In this document: positions 21,674-23,891 of the stretch, piece by piece | Layout of the letters: every line of letters starts with the position of its first letter | Position numbering within the stretch: the first letter of the stretch is position 1 | Virus record (IMG/VR): IMGVR_UViG_3300025896_000021 | Direction: 5' to 3' (one strand) | DNA from: a virus | Lineage: Duplodnaviria; Heunggongvirae; Uroviricota; Caudoviricetes | Length of the DNA: 23,891 bases | The notes under the pieces: model-generated | Seen by the model: only the letters and a program-made list of their open reading frames with translations | The model's database searches: none | What the model was told of the DNA's origin: nothing | Position numbers and translations under genes: made by a program

Positions 21674-22566
21674 ACCATCTCCAAATAGTTACGCACCCAT
21701 GATAGGCGTGATTGTTCGTCCAAGGCAGTGTAGTCAACAATGTTAGCCCGAATAGCATCCACTAGTGGATAATATTCTTCATCAAGATTTTTCTTGATAT
21801 CTGCTTCCATGTTCACTAACTTGTCAGTACGAGGATTGCGGGCAACCCACTTGCTGGTCAAGTAGTATGGACTTTTGATCTTTGCAGATACTTTAAAGTC
21901 CTCAGTGTAGAATACAAAGCCTTCGTGCTTAACAGTCTTAACTTCTTTCAACACTTCACCCAATGTGCAACGCTTCCATTCCACTTGGTGATCCGACAAT
22001 GCATATTGGTGATACAAGCTAAGTCCATCGTTTTGACTACGGCTTTCCCAAGTCTTTTCACGATAGCCCAGCAAATACAGTCCTGGCTTTTCTACAATGA
22101 TATGTGGGTCATTTTCATGCACACATTCAAACATAAAAGTTAGGGTAGGAAAACCACTTACATATCGTTCAAAAGTTTCACGCCGACGGTCGATAAAGGA
22201 GTTAGCCATATCAACATAGTCGTTAGCAGTTGATCCAGTTGTGGACACTAACAACTTTCCGTTGTACCAAGTCACTGCAACCATAAAGCCATTGACCTTA
22301 CGAAAGCATTCCACTATGGTATCTTCACTTAACACAGGAGCCTTAGCTTCTACGCCATAGTTGTAGATTTTAGTGAATGGACGTTGCACCACATTGAAGT
22401 CAGCATCTACGATAGTACCGCGGCATTCTTCCAAGTAGTCGTTCCACAAGTTATCGTAGAACACACGCTTGGAATACTTTAGCACATAGATACCATCGCC
22501 GGCAGACTTCATAGAAACCAACTTTGGGTTAGCTAATACAAACTCTTTCAATTCATCCTTGTTCAT
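21670..22566 (-). CDS. rnlA: RNA ligase, T4 Rnl1 (RnlA) family
   Basis: ECRG...RPFTKIYN N-terminal motifs, motif I FRKVNGFM, FMFEC, motif IV HEGFVF, motif V AKIKSPYY. Confidence 0.85.
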   Translation of the reverse strand: MNKDELKEFVLANPKLVSMKSAGDGIYVLKYSKRVFYDNLWNDYLEECRGTIVDADFNVVQRPFTKIYNYGVEAKAPVLSEDTIVECFRKVNGFMVAVTWYNGKLLVSTTGSTANDYVDMANSFIDRRRETFERYVSGFPTLTFMFECVHENDPHIIVEKPGLYLLGYREKTWESRSQNDGLSLYHQYALSDHQVEWKRCTLGEVLKEVKTVKHEGFVFYTEDFKVSAKIKSPYYLTSKWVARNPRTDKLVNMEADIKKNLDEEYYPLVDAIRANIVDYTALDEQSRLSWVRNYLEMV

Positions 22567-22724
22567 CGTAATTCCTCTAATGCTCGTTTAACATGTTTCT
22601 TTTTGTAGTGTGAAAAGACTTTGATGATATCCTCATCAAACAGATAGTGAGGATTGCTACGGTTGTGTTCACCAATGAATTCTTCAACCTCGTCAAGCAA
22701 CTTAGCAAACTTTTCTTCTTTCAT
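22563..22724 (-). CDS. Hypothetical protein (start re-assigned to ATG 22724)
   Basis: ATG 1 nt after the upstream stop; ATGA overlap with the ligase start. Confidence 0.7.
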   Translation of the reverse strand: MKEEKFAKLLDEVEEFIGEHNRSNPHYLFDEDIIKVFSHYKKKHVKRALEELR

Positions 22725-22725
22725 A

Positions 22726-23268
22726 TTAGTGGTGAGAACGAATCTCACCCTTCAATGCGTCTTTAACCATCATATCAAAATCTGATACGACACGACCAGT
22801 ACTGTCAAAAGCTACATCACGGGCACGATACTTTTCCATGCCAGTCACTGCTCCATGAACGTGGCCATAAAAGTGAACTGAACCGCGGTGCATTTGATCC
22901 CATTCCCAGATAGGGTAATGCATCATAATGACCATTTGACCATCGTGATTGTATCTCAGGTACTGATGCACTTCTTTGAACTCTGCACGGAATGCAGGGT
23001 CGTTCAACAGTTTGCGGTCGTGATTACCTTCAATCAGAATCTTAGTGCCGTTCAGTCTACGCAGAATTGCAACTGCATCCTTGGCTGACAAGAATGCAAA
23101 GTCACCCAAAATGAATGTTTCATCTTCTGGAGCAACGTCACGGTTCCACTCATGTATCATTTGCTCTCGCATATGATCGGTGTCAGTAAAGCCTGCTCGG
23201 GTTACTGGGCAGAACTTCATAATATTTGCGTGACCAAAGTGTAAGTCACTAGTGATAAATTTTCTCAT
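22726..23268 (-). CDS. Calcineurin-like metallophosphoesterase
   Basis: DxH (SDLHFGH), GD (ILGDF), GNHD, HYP and GHVH motifs. Confidence 0.9.
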   Translation of the reverse strand: MRKFITSDLHFGHANIMKFCPVTRAGFTDTDHMREQMIHEWNRDVAPEDETFILGDFAFLSAKDAVAILRRLNGTKILIEGNHDRKLLNDPAFRAEFKEVHQYLRYNHDGQMVIMMHYPIWEWDQMHRGSVHFYGHVHGAVTGMEKYRARDVAFDSTGRVVSDFDMMVKDALKGEIRSHH

Positions 23269-23291
23269 GGTATTTCTCTGTTTATGCTGTT

Positions 23292-23320
23292 ATTATAGCA
23301 CACCATGCAATTAGTGTCAA
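23292..23320 (-). promoter_or_regulatory. sigma70 promoter TTGACA-17-TATAAT, extended -10
   Basis: Perfect consensus upstream of the phosphoesterase-Rnl1 operon. Confidence 0.9.
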
Positions 23321-23410
23321 GTAAACACCCTAGTTGCTCTGATATAAATTAATGTAATAAAATAAAGAACGTAAGGTATGCGAATGTTCGTCTAGGGTGT
23401 TTAATTGACA
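23315..23410. repeat. 19-bp inverted repeat (18/19) flanking a 58-bp A/T-rich spacer
   Basis: TGTCAAGTAAACACCCTAG (23315-23333) versus CTAGGGTGTTTAATTGACA (23392-23410). Confidence 0.85.
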
Positions 23411-23435
23411 ATAGGTCACCAAGTGACCTATTTTT
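23410..23435 (+). terminator. 10-bp hairpin AATAGGTCAC-caa-GTGACCTATT followed by a T-run
   Basis: Perfect stem; T-tract on the plus side. On the minus strand it could cap the 3' end of the candidate ncRNA. Confidence 0.6.
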
Positions 23436-23440
23436 ATAGA

Positions 23441-23810
23441 ATTAGTGTTAGGCTACTCACACCACATGAGCCCCTAACTGAGCAGTTACTCTGTCCACAA
23501 CATTTATTCTTCTGGAGTAGGCGTTATACCTCACCCAATGCGTTCCCGCTACTCCTTAATGGGAGACGGATGGTCAATGCACTGCACACCTAGCACTCTC
23601 TTTGGTGACTGCCCCACCCCCGTTGATTACGTGTACGGGATCACGGGTTTTTAATTTGATACATCAACAAGTGCTTACCCTGAGAAAGGATTTACGGCTA
23701 GCCAGCACCTCGATGTTGTTAAGAAGGATGTCTCCATTGCTATCTTTTAAACTTCAATATATCAAAAAGAGAACAGATACGTAATTGCTCAGAGGTATCT
23801 GCCGTGTTAC
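23441..23810 (-). ncRNA. Candidate large structured non-coding RNA (family not identified)
   Basis: No credible ORF; serial helices that pair better on the minus strand (G-U pairs); late motif upstream and hairpin downstream. Confidence 0.55.
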
Positions 23811-23813
23811 AAC

Positions 23814-23821
23814 TATTTAGC
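23814..23821 (-). promoter_or_regulatory. Late-promoter-like motif GCTAAATA
   Basis: Immediately after the upstream stop codon and before the candidate ncRNA. Confidence 0.55.
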
Positions 23822-23890
23822 TTATTCAGCCAAATCGTAGCGACTGTTCATCACTGCCTTAAGCATGATAGCTTCTGGAGTGAAAGCGTC
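23822..23890 (-). CDS. 3' end of a gene entering from the right (...DAFTPEAIMLKAVMNSRYDLAE*)
   Basis: Open frame from the window edge to TAA 23822-23824. Confidence 0.5.
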   Translation of the reverse strand, partial: DAFTPEAIMLKAVMNSRYDLAE

Positions 23891-23891
23891 T

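Noticed and set aside
5597-22143. Numerous plus-strand track ORFs inside the minus-strand region (e.g. 6718..7125, 9809..10165, 18338..18655, 20030..20338)
   Set aside because: All lie antisense to well-supported genes, with no plus-strand promoters or recognisable motifs.
23603-23615. GGGGCAGTCACCA (minus) as a tRNA or tmRNA 3' end
   Set aside because: Ends in ACCA, but there is no T-loop (GGTTCRA), cloverleaf or tmRNA 5' end/tag frame nearby.
23405-23784. Plus-strand ORFs 23405..23593 and 23602..23784
   Set aside because: TTG/GTG-type starts without RBS, unprotein-like composition, and a terminator-like hairpin at the start of the first.

Overview
Fragment of a large lytic dsDNA bacteriophage genome with T4-like late-promoter motifs. 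The host is probably a proteobacterium (inference from the ErpA, IF-1 and S11 peptidase sequences). Layout: (i) minus-strand genes at <1-1038; (ii) a plus-strand block at 1099-5296 (HAD nucleotidase, AbrB-like protein, translation initiation factor IF-1, Fe-S carrier ErpA, baseplate/fibre-like structural protein) ending at a bidirectional terminator; (iii) an 18-kb minus-strand early/accessory region (5326-23268) of about 60 mostly small ORFs, driven by at least 15 near-consensus sigma70 promoters, many sharing a conserved promoter+leader cassette. This region encodes two RNA ligases, a polynucleotide-kinase-like P-loop protein, CX5R and calcineurin-like phosphatases, HNH and GIY-YIG nucleases, a stand-alone Toprim domain, SGNH hydrolase, HExxH peptidases, an S11 D-Ala-D-Ala peptidase and three paralogues of an 'MNERIKEL...HFGVEE' family; (iv) at the right end an inverted repeat and a ~370-nt non-coding, helix-rich minus-strand segment downstream of a late-promoter motif, a candidate large structured ncRNA. 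Several real-looking small ORFs are missing from the ORF track, including a leaderless ArfA-like protein at 9364-9516. No tRNA, rRNA or CRISPR array was recognised. All family assignments come from motifs read by eye; no database search was run.
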